A model generated the notes under the pieces. It searched no databases. It was given only the letters and a program-made list of their open reading frames with translations, and was not told the DNA's origin. Position numbers and translations under genes: made by a program. This document shows positions 9,256 to 19,761 of a stretch of 57,105 nt of DNA, one piece after another. The number at the start of each line of letters is the position of its first letter. Position 1 is the stretch's first letter. This stretch comes from Candidatus Bathyarchaeia archaeon (GTDB lineage Archaea; Thermoproteota; Bathyarchaeia; Bathyarchaeales; Bathycorpusculaceae), in assembly GCA_050010515.1 (NCBI GenBank), contig JBEKKX010000016.1, positions 1 through 57,105 on the forward strand, written 5' to 3'.

Positions 9256-11160
9256 ATGGCTATAATGAATCCATACCTTGAGGCTCTACAGCCCAAACTT
9301 AGCGCGCCTGATTTCAAGAAACTAAGCGCCATAGATAATCCTAACGTCCATGAGTTTATAGCGAAAGAAAGCGACCTCTGTCAACCTAAAGAAATATTCA
9401 TCTGCAGCGACTCTGCTGAAGATATTGCTCATGTTCGGAAACAAGCAATCGCTTCAGGGGAAGAACAAGCAATCTTAAGCCTACCTGGACATACTGTGCA
9501 TTTTGACGGTGAATATGACCAAGGACGGGATCGTCAAGCTACCAAGTACCTTGTACCCAAAGGCATTTTCCTAAGCAAAGCCCTCAACCAAATGGACCGT
9601 CAAGAAGGGTTAGCTGAGGTTAGAAGTTTACTTCGGGATTCCATGCAAGGAAAAACAATGATTGTCAGATTCATCTCACTGGGTCCGCAGGATTCAATCT
9701 TTACTATTCTGGGATTGCAATGCACAGACTCATGGTACGTTGCGCACTCTGAAGACCTGCTTTACCGCTCTGGATATGAGCAATTTTTAAAGGCAGGGCC
9801 AAAAAGTGACTTCCTACGCGTCCTGCACTCAGCTGGAAAGCTAAATGGGGACATGGTCAGCGTAGAATATGATAAAAAATGCGTCTACATTGACCATATG
9901 GATAATACCATTTACAGTGTTAATACACAATATGCTGGAAACTCTGTCGGCTTCAAAAAACTCGCCTTCCGTTTGGCTATCCGTAAAGCAAGCAGCGAAG
10001 GGTGGCTAGCGGAACACATGTTGCTCATGGCTGTGTCTGGTCCTGGTGGACGTAAAACCTATTTTGCTGGAGCTTTCCCAAGCGCTTGTGGGAAAACCTC
10101 AACAGCTATGCTCCCGGGAGAAACAATTCTTGGCGATGACATAGCTTACATCCGAGTCATTGACTCTGCTGCCCGTGCAGTTAACGTTGAATCAGGCATA
10201 TTTGGCATAATACAGGACGTTAACTCCAAGGACGACGCGTTAATTTACAAGCTTCTAACTAGGCCAGGCGAAATCATCTTCTCTAATGTGCTTGTTAAGG
10301 ACGGCAAACCATACTGGCTTGGCATGGGACAAGAGCTTCCCAAAGAAGGCTTAAACTATGCTGGAACATGGTATGAAGGCAAAAAAGACGAGAACGGCAA
10401 CGAAATTCCACCTGCCAACAAAAACGCTCGTTACACACTAGCGCTCAAAACATTGGAGAACTGTGACCCTCAACTTCACAATCCCATGGGCGTTGAATTA
10501 GGCGGCATAATGTATGGCGGACGCGATGCTAAGGCTTACGTGCCTGTTCAGCAAAGCTTCAACTGGGAACACGGCATCGTCGCTTACGGCGCATCACTTG
10601 AGTCTGAAACCACCTTTGCTACAGTCGGTCAAGAAGGCGTTCCAGAAATTAACATGATGAGCATCCAAGACTTCATCTCAATCCCACTCGGCAAAAACGT
10701 TCACAACAACTTGGGCTTCGGACGGAAACTCAAAAAGCAACCAGTCATCTTCGGAGTTAACTATTTCTTAAAGGAAGTAGGCAACGGCAAATACCTAAAC
10801 GGTACACAGGATAAGCATGTTTGGTTAAAATGGATGGAACTGAGAGTACATAATGAAGTTGACGCTTTGAAATCTCCAACAGGGTACATTCCAAAATATG
10901 AGGATTTACGCAGGCTATTCAAGCAAGTATTAGGCAAAAGCTATGCTAAAGACGATTACATTAAACAATTCACAATTCGGCTTCCAGAAAACTTGGCGAA
11001 GATTGAACGGGTACAACGGTTCTACCAGGAAAACGTCACTGACACGCCGTTAGAATTATTCGGTGTATTGTATCTGCAACGTCAACGGCTGCTTGAAGCT
11101 AAAGAAAAATACGGTGACTACATTTCACCCGAAAATTTCGAAAAAGAAAAATCAGACTGA
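9256..11160 (+). CDS. pckG: Phosphoenolpyruvate carboxykinase (GTP)
   Basis: YAGNSVGFKK, WLAEHM, AFPSACGKTSTAM, GDDIAY, NARYT. Confidence 0.95.
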   Translation: MAIMNPYLEALQPKLSAPDFKKLSAIDNPNVHEFIAKESDLCQPKEIFICSDSAEDIAHVRKQAIASGEEQAILSLPGHTVHFDGEYDQGRDRQATKYLVPKGIFLSKALNQMDRQEGLAEVRSLLRDSMQGKTMIVRFISLGPQDSIFTILGLQCTDSWYVAHSEDLLYRSGYEQFLKAGPKSDFLRVLHSAGKLNGDMVSVEYDKKCVYIDHMDNTIYSVNTQYAGNSVGFKKLAFRLAIRKASSEGWLAEHMLLMAVSGPGGRKTYFAGAFPSACGKTSTAMLPGETILGDDIAYIRVIDSAARAVNVESGIFGIIQDVNSKDDALIYKLLTRPGEIIFSNVLVKDGKPYWLGMGQELPKEGLNYAGTWYEGKKDENGNEIPPANKNARYTLALKTLENCDPQLHNPMGVELGGIMYGGRDAKAYVPVQQSFNWEHGIVAYGASLESETTFATVGQEGVPEINMMSIQDFISIPLGKNVHNNLGFGRKLKKQPVIFGVNYFLKEVGNGKYLNGTQDKHVWLKWMELRVHNEVDALKSPTGYIPKYEDLRRLFKQVLGKSYAKDDYIKQFTIRLPENLAKIERVQRFYQENVTDTPLELFGVLYLQRQRLLEAKEKYGDYISPENFEKEKSD

Positions 11161-11308
11161 GGTATCCAAAATTGAAAACGCTGACAATATTTCACCCTTT
11201 ATTTGCGTCAAATTTTTAAATGGATCCTTACTTACTGACTAGTAATTCATAATCGTTAATTAAATAAAGCAGTCATTGGAAATTTAAAGAAAAACAAGGT
11301 GAAGAGGA

Positions 11309-11551
11309 ATGATGATGAAAAAGCCACAAAAGAAAGAAGATTCAGCCTACAAAATAGATTTAATCACTATTGAAGGCGACGGCTCTTTCCCATGCCCAAA
11401 ATGCGGAATGACAATCTCACCAGAAGACGAGACAGATGAAAACTACAAAATCTTAGAAACTAAAGTTATCAACGAAGAGCTTGCTGAATTAGTTATCGCA
11501 TGTGGTAAATGCAGAAGCACGATAATACTTACTGGCTTTCAAGGGCTTTGA
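11309..11551 (+). CDS. Small zinc-binding hypothetical protein
   Basis: CPKC...CGKC pairs; GGTGA/GAGG RBS directly upstream. Confidence 0.7.
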   Translation: MMMKKPQKKEDSAYKIDLITIEGDGSFPCPKCGMTISPEDETDENYKILETKVINEELAELVIACGKCRSTIILTGFQGL

Positions 11552-11749
11552 CATTTAGCTTGGCGAGATTTTAATTATTTTTCATTTGCCAAAGAACTTG
11601 GATGTAAATAGCAAAGCCGATAAGAAGTTAATTAAAATTGCAGTCAATGGCCTTTTTATTTAATAAGACGTTTGATAGGCACTGAGTTTGCCTTAACGAG
11701 TTTGGTTTTTAGGCAAATGGTTTATTTTGTCTCTCAGCATTAATGAATA

Positions 11750-12373
11750 TTGGTTTGTATGCTTGTTGAGACGTTCACGGTTGGCATGTTATCAACAAAC
11801 TGCTATGTCGTTAACTCGCAGCAAACGAAAGAGGCAATCATAATTGACCCTGGATTGGAATTTTCTTCTGAAGCCCAACAAATTCTCGATTACGTAACGC
11901 AAGGCGCATTAAAAGTTAAGTTAATTGTGAATACTCATGGGCACTCTGACCACATAAGCGGCGACGCCGTTTTCCAAGAAAAGTACGATGTTCCCATTTG
12001 CATTCACAAGTATGATGCTCCCTCTATTGAAGGGTTTAACAAAAGCAAGTTTCCAGCAAATGTCCTTTTGGAGGATGGGAGCTTAATCGAGTTTGGCGGT
12101 GAATCTCTGAAGGTTATGCATACTCCCGGTCATACTCCTGGCAGCATCTGTCTTCTAGGAGAGCGGCTAGTTTTCACTGGCGACACATTGTTTGCTGGCG
12201 GAATTGGCCGAACAGATTTTCCAGGAGGCTCGATCAGTGACATGAGGCTTTCTTTGCAAAAGCTTGTGCGTTTGCCTGATTATCTTTTAATTTACCCTGG
12301 GCATGGAGCTGCATCTATAATGGGTGAAGAAAAAAGGGTTAATCCCTTTCTGAAAAGTAAAGATAGTTTTTAA
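11750..12373 (+). CDS. MBL-fold metallo-hydrolase (glyoxalase II-like)
   Basis: THGHSDH, HTPGHTPG, FTGDTLF, PGHG. Confidence 0.92.
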   Translation: MVCMLVETFTVGMLSTNCYVVNSQQTKEAIIIDPGLEFSSEAQQILDYVTQGALKVKLIVNTHGHSDHISGDAVFQEKYDVPICIHKYDAPSIEGFNKSKFPANVLLEDGSLIEFGGESLKVMHTPGHTPGSICLLGERLVFTGDTLFAGGIGRTDFPGGSISDMRLSLQKLVRLPDYLLIYPGHGAASIMGEEKRVNPFLKSKDSF

Positions 12374-12393
12374 TTGAGCTTTGTTTTGCTTGT

Positions 12394-13359
12394 TTAGCTT
12401 ATTTCTTGCAGTGCACGCAGGCGCTTGATAATGTTTGGGTGAGTTGAGAAGATTTCAACGAAGTTATCTTTGTGTGTCGGCTTCTCTGCGAGTGTTCGGT
12501 TTAGTAGCTCTTTTTTGTCTGCTATTCCGTTTGCGTGTATCTCTGCTGAGTCAGCGTTTGCTCTGTCAGGGTCAGCGATGAATAATGCTTTAAAGGCAGT
12601 ATTATTTTTTTGTTGTTGTCTGCTTGGTTTGCTGCTTCGGCGGCTTTCTTCAACTATTGTTACTAAGCCTGTTGAGAGCTTTTCTGCGCCGTTCTCAACC
12701 ACTGAAACGCTGTGTCTATCTGCATAATACTCACGGAGTCTGCTTAGGTAAAGTGTGAATAAGGTTAGTACCCACGAGAAAGCCATAAAGCCTAAGCCTA
12801 ATAATGCGTTGCTGCCTCCTTTTTTGGCGCCTCCTCCGAAAACGCCTGAAAGCATAAAGGAGTAACCAATAAAATAGAATAATGATGGCAGGAAAGAAAC
12901 TACCATCATGGCCTGCACGTCATGGTGCTTTAAATGGCCAAGTTCATGTCCAATGACAGCTTCAACTTCACCGTCATCAAGAGACTTCAAAAGCCCCGAA
13001 GTTACGGCGATGCGGCTACCTGATAGAGGCGAGCCGTAAGCGAACGCGTTTGGAAGTGGAATCTGTGCTAACATAAGTTTTGGTGTTGATATACCGCTTT
13101 TCCTGCTGAGGTTTTCAACTGTCTGGTGTAGTTCTGGGTTTTCGGCTTGTTTAAGTTCTCTAACTTTGTATATTGCGCCTATAAGGTATGGTCCCAATAA
13201 CCATTGACCTACGTTTAGGGCTACTACAAGTATCCCTATGGTTACTAGGGAAAGACCTATTCCAGCTAAGGTTAAGACGACTGCGAATACGAGTGTGGAT
13301 AAACCAAAGATTATGGCTAAAGTTGCAACCATAGAAAGCCTAAGTTTCCAAGCGTTCAT
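12394..13359 (-). CDS. htpX: HtpX-family (M48) membrane zinc protease
   Basis: PNAFAYG, HELGH, SRLREYYAD, FSTHP. Start taken at ATG 13359. Confidence 0.9.
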   Translation of the reverse strand: MNAWKLRLSMVATLAIIFGLSTLVFAVVLTLAGIGLSLVTIGILVVALNVGQWLLGPYLIGAIYKVRELKQAENPELHQTVENLSRKSGISTPKLMLAQIPLPNAFAYGSPLSGSRIAVTSGLLKSLDDGEVEAVIGHELGHLKHHDVQAMMVVSFLPSLFYFIGYSFMLSGVFGGGAKKGGSNALLGLGFMAFSWVLTLFTLYLSRLREYYADRHSVSVVENGAEKLSTGLVTIVEESRRSSKPSRQQQKNNTAFKALFIADPDRANADSAEIHANGIADKKELLNRTLAEKPTHKDNFVEIFSTHPNIIKRLRALQEIS

Positions 13360-13599
13360 GCATCGGTCACTTTCAATACCCACTGTGTTTCTATGGACAC
13401 TTATAACTTTTATGCGCTAATTGAAAGAACTAATCCTTGAATATGACTCATTTTGCACTAGCAGCCAAGATAAGCCCGCTTGAATTACGGCTAAAACTTG
13501 TCCATTATAATCATGCGTGGCTTTAGCTTAAAATTCTTTGGAGTCGAGCCGCTTAAATACCAATAGAACCTATTTTCTAATCCACTGGAGTACCAAGCA

Positions 13600-14289
13600 T
13601 TGACTGAAAAGCAGGATTGGCAGCATCTTTACATGCTCCTTAAGCTCGCGGAAATGGGCGCTTACCGCCGAACCGCCAAAATTTCAACCGAGTTTTTAGC
13701 AGGCAAACTTGGGATTTCCCAGCAAACCGCGTCACGCTATCTGATAGAGCTTGAGCGCAAAGGGTGGATAAAGAGGAACATTACTCCAGAAGGGAGCTTA
13801 ATTAAAATTGAAGAGGCTGGAAATAAAGAGCTGCAAAAACTTTATTCTAACTTGAAATTTTTAGTTGAAAAATCGTATCCTCCTTCGGTAACTTTGGAAG
13901 GAACAGTTTTCACGGGTTTAGGCGAAGGCGCTTATTACATCGCAAAAGAGCCTTATCGGAAACAGTTTACAGAAAAGTTAGGGTTTGAACCTTACCTTGG
14001 CACACTTAACCTTAAATTATCAAGCGACTATGACATTAAAACTCGCATGGAAATAGAAGCGTATCCAGCAATCGAGATTACAGGTTTTAAGAACGAAGAC
14101 CGAACCTTCGGCTTGGTGAAATGTTACCCTGCAGTCATCGATAACAAGGTTAAAGGCGCTTTGATAACGGCGTTGCGAAGTCACTATGATGTTTCAGTGT
14201 TGGAAATTATTGCGCCTGTATGCCTCAGAAAACAGTTAAACCTTAAAGACGGCAACACAGTGAAAGTGGAAATTTACATTATGCCATAG
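13600..14289 (+). CDS. ribK: CTP-dependent riboflavin kinase with N-terminal HTH
   Basis: SQQTASR HTH; GLGEGAYY, GTLNL, EIIAPVCLR. Confidence 0.92.
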   Translation: MTEKQDWQHLYMLLKLAEMGAYRRTAKISTEFLAGKLGISQQTASRYLIELERKGWIKRNITPEGSLIKIEEAGNKELQKLYSNLKFLVEKSYPPSVTLEGTVFTGLGEGAYYIAKEPYRKQFTEKLGFEPYLGTLNLKLSSDYDIKTRMEIEAYPAIEITGFKNEDRTFGLVKCYPAVIDNKVKGALITALRSHYDVSVLEIIAPVCLRKQLNLKDGNTVKVEIYIMP

Positions 14290-14895
14290 CTAAAACGGCG
14301 AAATGGGATGCTTGTACTTAACTGAATACTGCTCATGCGGTTTACGCATTGTACCTAACCAATAACCGATTAGCAAACCGAAACCTAACCCGCCTATATG
14401 AGCCAAATCGTTCACGCCTGGTCCAGCACTGATAAACAGCAGAAAGAACGCGTAAACTAATGCTCCAAGAATAGATTGCCTAACAGAACGCCTATTATAA
14501 ATCACAACTGCTCCGAACAATGAGAAAATTGCGCCTGAAGCTCCAACCGATAATAGGTTTGGCCCAAACGCTAAGGAAACAACATTGCCTGCTAAGCCTC
14601 CAACGAGGTAGATTCCAAGGTACTCGGGCAGTGAAAACATTTCTTCTCCGCGTAAACCGAAGATGAATAGAAAAAGCATGTTGCCGCCAATGTGCGCTAT
14701 TGAGGCATGTATAAACATGGATGTGAAAAGCTGGTAGTACCAGCCATGGAACACAAGAAAATTATATTGACCATATTGAAGCATAAGATTGTAGTTTGTA
14801 TTCAGCCAATTTCCGCCGGCTATAGAAGTATAAATGTAGACTGCGACGTTTACGGCGATTAGAATGTACGTGGGCTTATACTTCTCTGAATTCAT
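14290..14895 (-). CDS. Rhomboid intramembrane serine protease
   Basis: HIGGNM, GASGAI, AHIGG. Confidence 0.92.
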   Translation of the reverse strand: MNSEKYKPTYILIAVNVAVYIYTSIAGGNWLNTNYNLMLQYGQYNFLVFHGWYYQLFTSMFIHASIAHIGGNMLFLFIFGLRGEEMFSLPEYLGIYLVGGLAGNVVSLAFGPNLLSVGASGAIFSLFGAVVIYNRRSVRQSILGALVYAFFLLFISAGPGVNDLAHIGGLGFGLLIGYWLGTMRKPHEQYSVKYKHPISPF

Positions 14896-14909
14896 GATGC
14901 ATGACCGAT

Positions 14910-15371
14910 TTAACCGTCAAGTTTATCAATTATTTTCTGTTTAATCTTTGATGAACTATCTAAAGTATACTCTCCAAACTTGCCGATTCTAACAATCTTA
15001 ACATTCAATTTGTGCATATCCACGTAATTCCGCACTTCTTTCTCCATTTCCTCTTGGTCGTATCCTAAAGCAATTACATCGGGCTTAACGTTCTCAATAA
15101 CTTCACCAATGTCAAAGTTCTCGTATCCAAGCACTGCTTCATCAACAACTTTCAACGATTCAACCAGTGTACGACGTTGATCCTCAGACATTATGGGTTT
15201 TCTGCCCTTGGTTTTCTCCACCGTGCTGTCTCTTGCAATGATAACTACTAGTTTAGCGTTTTCTCCACCTGCTTTTTTGGCCCCCTCCAAAAATTTAACG
15301 TGACCCAAATGAAGTAGGTCGAACACGCCCGATGCTAAGACAACTTTTTTCTTTCTTGGTTTGTTGGCCAT
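14910..15371 (-). CDS. ribL: Archaeal FAD synthase
   Basis: GVFDLLHLGH, ARD, LGYDQ, SSSKIK; located near ribK. Confidence 0.85.
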   Translation of the reverse strand: MANKPRKKKVVLASGVFDLLHLGHVKFLEGAKKAGGENAKLVVIIARDSTVEKTKGRKPIMSEDQRRTLVESLKVVDEAVLGYENFDIGEVIENVKPDVIALGYDQEEMEKEVRNYVDMHKLNVKIVRIGKFGEYTLDSSSKIKQKIIDKLDG

Positions 15372-15622
15372 TCGAATTTCACAGCACCTAATAGTCTTAA
15401 AGCGTCAAGGAGCCCTTCACAGTAGGCTACCGAAATTAGGCTGGTTTCAAACTTGCCTTGAGCCTTATAATACTTTGCGTCCTTTAAGTAATCAGAAGCC
15501 CAACACAAAATATTAGCCACAGCTTCCTCCGTAACGCTTATGGGCACTTTTGTTTGTTGCAGTTCTTTGAGGACTTTTTCTGCTGAAGAAATATACTTTG
15601 AAGTAAGCGCTTCTAGACTCAT
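15335..15622 (-). CDS. DUF357 protein
   Basis: YLKDAKYY..SVAYCEGLLDALR; adjacent to dph5 as is common in archaea. Confidence 0.85.
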   Translation of the reverse strand: MSLEALTSKYISSAEKVLKELQQTKVPISVTEEAVANILCWASDYLKDAKYYKAQGKFETSLISVAYCEGLLDALRLLGAVKFEWPTNQERKKLS

Positions 15623-16416
15623 TTGGCAAGACTCCTGAACTCTGATGGTGCACCAGCAAAAGCAATCAAGGATTCGGTTTCCATAAAATGCAAGTCGCCT
15701 GGAAAAATCAAACTGTAAGGTGGCTCGCCGAAGTCATAATTTACTAAATTTTTGACGAAATCAGCTTTCAACATCGGATTATTGCTTCCTGCCCGTGCGA
15801 TGCCGACTGCAACTGTGTCTGGGGTGATTACGCCTTTTTTGTTTTTTTGTTCAACCTCAAGCAACATTGCGATGGCTTGGTTGATATTTAAGAACTGCTT
15901 TTCGTTTACTTTCAAATCTAAAAGGCAAAGGGTATGCAAACCAAACTTCTTGTTTTGAGCGACAACATTGTAAGGCGTCTCAGAAAAATTTTCAGGGAAG
16001 GGAACGGTGACTGTTTTTCCAAACTTGTAATTATGCAATCCCGATAAGCTTATTATCGCTGAAATTATGGATGCTCCATGGATAATCCATGTTTTTATTC
16101 CATGTTTTTCCGCATCAATCCGCAATGTCACATGTGTCGTGGCGATAAATGGGTCACCGGGAACAAGAAACACTGCTTTGCCTTTTCTGGCGGCTTCAAG
16201 AATGATGGCTCCGTTTTCTTCCTCAAGTTCACGCCTTGAAACTACTTGGACTTTTTTGCCACACAAGATCTCAAAGCGTTGCAGGTTAAAGTCGGTCATG
16301 AGGCTAGTGTAAAGTTCCATGAAAACGTAATCTGCAGTTTTGGTTTCTTCTAAACCTTTGATGCTTATGCCTTTTTCATCGTTTAATCCTAAGCCTACGA
16401 AGACAAGTTCATTCAA
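15619..16416 (-). CDS. dph5: Diphthine synthase
   Basis: FVGLGL, ELYTS, GDPFIATTH, YKFGKTVT, GLHTLCLLD. Confidence 0.95.
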   Translation of the reverse strand: MNELVFVGLGLNDEKGISIKGLEETKTADYVFMELYTSLMTDFNLQRFEILCGKKVQVVSRRELEEENGAIILEAARKGKAVFLVPGDPFIATTHVTLRIDAEKHGIKTWIIHGASIISAIISLSGLHNYKFGKTVTVPFPENFSETPYNVVAQNKKFGLHTLCLLDLKVNEKQFLNINQAIAMLLEVEQKNKKGVITPDTVAVGIARAGSNNPMLKADFVKNLVNYDFGEPPYSLIFPGDLHFMETESLIAFAGAPSEFRSLAK

Positions 16417-16458
16417 TATTGAGCCCTTGTAAGTAATTGAGGGGTTAAAACTTAAACG

Positions 16459-16644
16459 TTATTTTTTCTTGATTTCGCCCTTTTTAACCAGTTGGTCGTA
16501 GTAAACGCGGCAAGCGTCCATGGAAAGTCCATTTCTTGCGCAAAATACTCCAAGAACTTTCTCTACCGGCTCCCCAGATTTTCTTTCTTGAACCATTTCC
16601 TTTAATTCTTGAATCTTATGCTTCTTATCAATTTCATCGCTCAT
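16459..16644 (-). CDS. Small hypothetical protein
   Basis: Compact charged ORF with AAGGAAG upstream, in the same orientation as dph5. Confidence 0.6.
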   Translation of the reverse strand: MSDEIDKKHKIQELKEMVQERKSGEPVEKVLGVFCARNGLSMDACRVYYDQLVKKGEIKKK

Positions 16645-16819
16645 ACGTTATCTTCCTTGCCTATTGGCTCTATTGTTAGCCACTCTCAAAACCTTTTTGT
16701 TTATTAACCCTTGAGCGGCTTTTCGTTTCGGATGGAACATCCAACCAAACATTTATATGATTTACGTTAAAAAGAAACCTACGCATTTCAGCCTCGTAAA
16801 CGAAGGATTGAAACCTAAA

Positions 16820-17950
16820 ATGAAGCCTGTAGAGAACTTAGTAAGGGATAACATAAAGAATCTTAAGCCATGCGTTCATGGTGGAGAGGTTTTGGATGCT
16901 GCAGGCAAGAGTGGTTTTAGACGGGAGGAAATTTTAGATTTCAGTTCAAGCGTGAATCCTTTAGGTCCATCAAAAAGGGCGCTTGAAGCAGCAAAAAACA
17001 GCTTTAAAGAAATTCCTGCTTATCCAGACTCAAATTCTAACGAGTTACGGCAAGCTATTGCCGGTCACTTTAAACTGTTAAGCAAAAATAACGTCGTTGT
17101 TGGTAATGGCTCTACTGAACTTATGTACTTGTTTGCTGAGGCTTTCCTGAAAAAAGGCGACACCGCCATTATTCCTGCACCGACATTTGGGGAATACGAG
17201 AGTGCAGTTAGAAAGACTGGGGAAACACCGAAATTCGTAAAGCTTGACAGCAATTTCAACATTGAAGCAGGCGCTTTTGAACAGGAAATGGCAGGCGCAA
17301 AAATTGTTTTCTTATGCAACCCCAATAATCCAACTAGCATTCTTATTCCAAACGAAACTTTAACTGGAATAATTGAGCGGGCTTTGGAGCAGGATAGCCT
17401 TGTTTTTCTTGACGAGGATTTTTTGGAGTTTGTGGAAAACGAAAAAGCCCTATCAATGATAAGCAAAATAAAGAGTTACCCTAACCTGTTTATTTTAAGG
17501 TCTTTTACGAAAATTTTCGGTTTAACTGGTTTGCGGGTTGGCTACGGAATCACCTCTGAAGAAATCATCAATGTGCTATTGTGCGCGAAGATTCCTTGGA
17601 ACGTTAACTGTTTAGCGCAGGCTGCCGCTGTTGCCGCGTTGAAAGACGAGGAGCATCTAAGGGTGACTCGTGAGCTTATCAAAAAAGAGAAAACACAACT
17701 CTTAGCCGAATTAGCGGAAATTAAATCGTTCAAGGTCTACGCGCCTGACGCCAACTTTTTCTTTATTGACATTCGCAAATCAGGCTTAACAGCGACTGAA
17801 CTGAAGAATAAGCTGCTGGGGCAGGGCATTTTGATTAGGGACTGCACCTCTTTTAGGGGACTTGATCAATACTATATTCGTGTAGCCGTTAAAACCCGTG
17901 TGGAGAATGAGCGGTTGATTGAAGCTTTGAAGCGGACAGTGAAAAATTAG
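16820..17950 (+). CDS. cobD: L-threonine-O-3-phosphate decarboxylase (HisC-like PLP enzyme)
   Basis: HGG, DFSSSVNPLG, NPNNPT, RSFTKIFGLTGLRVGY, IRDC; directly upstream of cbiB. Confidence 0.8.
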   Translation: MKPVENLVRDNIKNLKPCVHGGEVLDAAGKSGFRREEILDFSSSVNPLGPSKRALEAAKNSFKEIPAYPDSNSNELRQAIAGHFKLLSKNNVVVGNGSTELMYLFAEAFLKKGDTAIIPAPTFGEYESAVRKTGETPKFVKLDSNFNIEAGAFEQEMAGAKIVFLCNPNNPTSILIPNETLTGIIERALEQDSLVFLDEDFLEFVENEKALSMISKIKSYPNLFILRSFTKIFGLTGLRVGYGITSEEIINVLLCAKIPWNVNCLAQAAAVAALKDEEHLRVTRELIKKEKTQLLAELAEIKSFKVYAPDANFFFIDIRKSGLTATELKNKLLGQGILIRDCTSFRGLDQYYIRVAVKTRVENERLIEALKRTVKN

Positions 17951-17977
17951 AAAAGACTAAGGTTTGAGTAGTGAACC

Positions 17978-18946
17978 ATGTTTTCATTTGATTTCTCTTT
18001 CTTTGTCGATTCTGCCCTGATTTTTCTGCTGGCTTTTTTGATTGATGCAATCTTCGGAGAGTACCCTGACAAGATTCACCCAACCATCGGCATCGGCAAA
18101 ATAATATCTTACCTCAAACCAAAAGCGAAAAACCCAAACCCCAGAATCGAAAAAGCAAACGGAGTCATATTAGCCTTAAGTGTTATGCTGCTTGTTTCGG
18201 TTCCTGTGTTTTTGCTGCTTTTTTGGATTAGGCAATCTTTCGGTCCAATACCCTACATTATTGTGGGCGCGGTTTTGTTTAAGGCTACTTTTGCAGTAAA
18301 AGGCATGGGTCAATACACCAAGCCAATAGCCGCGGCATTAAAGAAGAATGATTTGGCTGAAGCGCGGAAATGGTTGCCCTTCATTGTCCGCCGAGACCCA
18401 AACACGCTTAATGAGAGACAGATTACCTCCGCCGCCGTGGAATCCATCGCAGAAAGCACCACAGACGGCATTACCGCGCCATTCTTCTTCTTCGCCCTCT
18501 TCGGCGTCCCGGGCGCATTTGCGTACCGCGTGGTTAACACGTTGGATTCTATGGTTGGCTACAAGAACCCTGAAAACAAGAACATCGGCTGGTTCTCAGC
18601 GAATTTAGATACAATAGCTAATTATATCCCTGCCAGATTAACAGCGTACCTAATGGTTGTCGCCTCATTCCTTTTAAGGGAAAACTGGCGTGAATCATGG
18701 CGCATTCTGCAAAGGGACAAGAGAAAAACCGCCAGCATAAACGCAGGCTGGACAATCTCAGCCATGGCTGGAGCATTAAACACCCAACTGGAAAAACAAG
18801 GCCAATACACTTTAGGCGACGACCACGGCATTTCACCAGAACACATCCCAAGGGCACTACGCGTAATGGCGTTGACTGCTGCCCTATTCGGTTTAGTAGT
18901 TGTTTTACCAGTTTTAGCTTTAAGAATCTATGTTACTGGATTCTGA
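17978..18946 (+). CDS. cbiB: Adenosylcobinamide-phosphate synthase
   Basis: GEYP..HP, AVESIAESTTDG, YRVVNTLDSMVGY, PARLTA, SINAG. Confidence 0.93.
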   Translation: MFSFDFSFFVDSALIFLLAFLIDAIFGEYPDKIHPTIGIGKIISYLKPKAKNPNPRIEKANGVILALSVMLLVSVPVFLLLFWIRQSFGPIPYIIVGAVLFKATFAVKGMGQYTKPIAAALKKNDLAEARKWLPFIVRRDPNTLNERQITSAAVESIAESTTDGITAPFFFFALFGVPGAFAYRVVNTLDSMVGYKNPENKNIGWFSANLDTIANYIPARLTAYLMVVASFLLRENWRESWRILQRDKRKTASINAGWTISAMAGALNTQLEKQGQYTLGDDHGISPEHIPRALRVMALTAALFGLVVVLPVLALRIYVTGF

Positions 18947-19033
18947 GAATTAGAACAAATTATTAGCCCTTATTAGGCACATATTTGCGTGAATTTTGGT
19001 TGATCAATGTTGCGCAAAAATATAAGGATTAGC

Positions 19034-19311
19034 CTAACTAAGAAGTATACTTCGAGAAGATTGTCCTTCTCCTAAGAAATAGTACCGAATGAGATAATTG
19101 CCAAGTTTCAGACTGTATTCCTTATTTTTTCCTTTTTGAATGCTTGTTAGAATATTCGCTTTTTCCAATCTGTTTAGTTGGAGGCTGACAGCCTTTGCGT
19201 CAACTTGTATCTCTCGTGCCATTTCCCTTAAGTAAAGGGAGGTTTTGTAGTTGTTTCTGAAAAGACCCAAAATCTTAATTGTGGTCTGTTAATGTGGTAT
19301 TTATACGACAT
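19034..19311 (-). pseudogene. Frameshifted, truncated wHTH protein (resembles the N-terminus of wHTH-nucleotidyltransferase proteins)
   Basis: ATG 19311 gives MSYKYHIN; a 1-nt shift near 19288 continues QTTIKILGLFRNNYKTSLYLREMARE..RLEKANIL; no C-terminal domain. Confidence 0.6.
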
Positions 19312-19507
19312 ATGTAGTGATATTACTACAGTTAGCAGTTTAAACTTAACGTGTTCACGTTCATACCCACGTTTATTGCATAATTCTATTCTAAGCTTTT
19401 CCCAAATTTCTTCCTTTACTAAATCCATCATTGCTAGGGGTTCGAGTTGTATAGTTTTTAAACAGGCTTAGCATCAGTGTATAGGCATCAGAGAGGGAAC
19501 TTCGCGT

Positions 19508-19761
19508 TTGAATGGGAAACCGCTCGTCAGCATAGTCAGCGCTGGAATGTCCAAATTCGGCAAGCATGATGGTTTACTTGCAAGAGAAATCTTTTCCGAA
19601 GCAGCTAAAGAAGCGGCACAGCGCAAGCCTACGAAATGTACCTGCAACTTACAGGGCAAGCTGGAAAACGCCAGGTAAAAGACGCGCAAGTAGGCTTGAC
19701 ACATAATGTTGGCGGGTCAGGAGCTACAGCGGCAGTTCACATTTACAGGAGCGACCAGTAA
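19508..19761 (+). pseudogene. Internally deleted thiolase (acetyl-CoA acetyltransferase)
   Basis: N-terminus [36 protein letters not shown] is joined out of frame to C-terminus [42 protein letters not shown]; the stop overlaps the DUF35 start. Confidence 0.85.
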
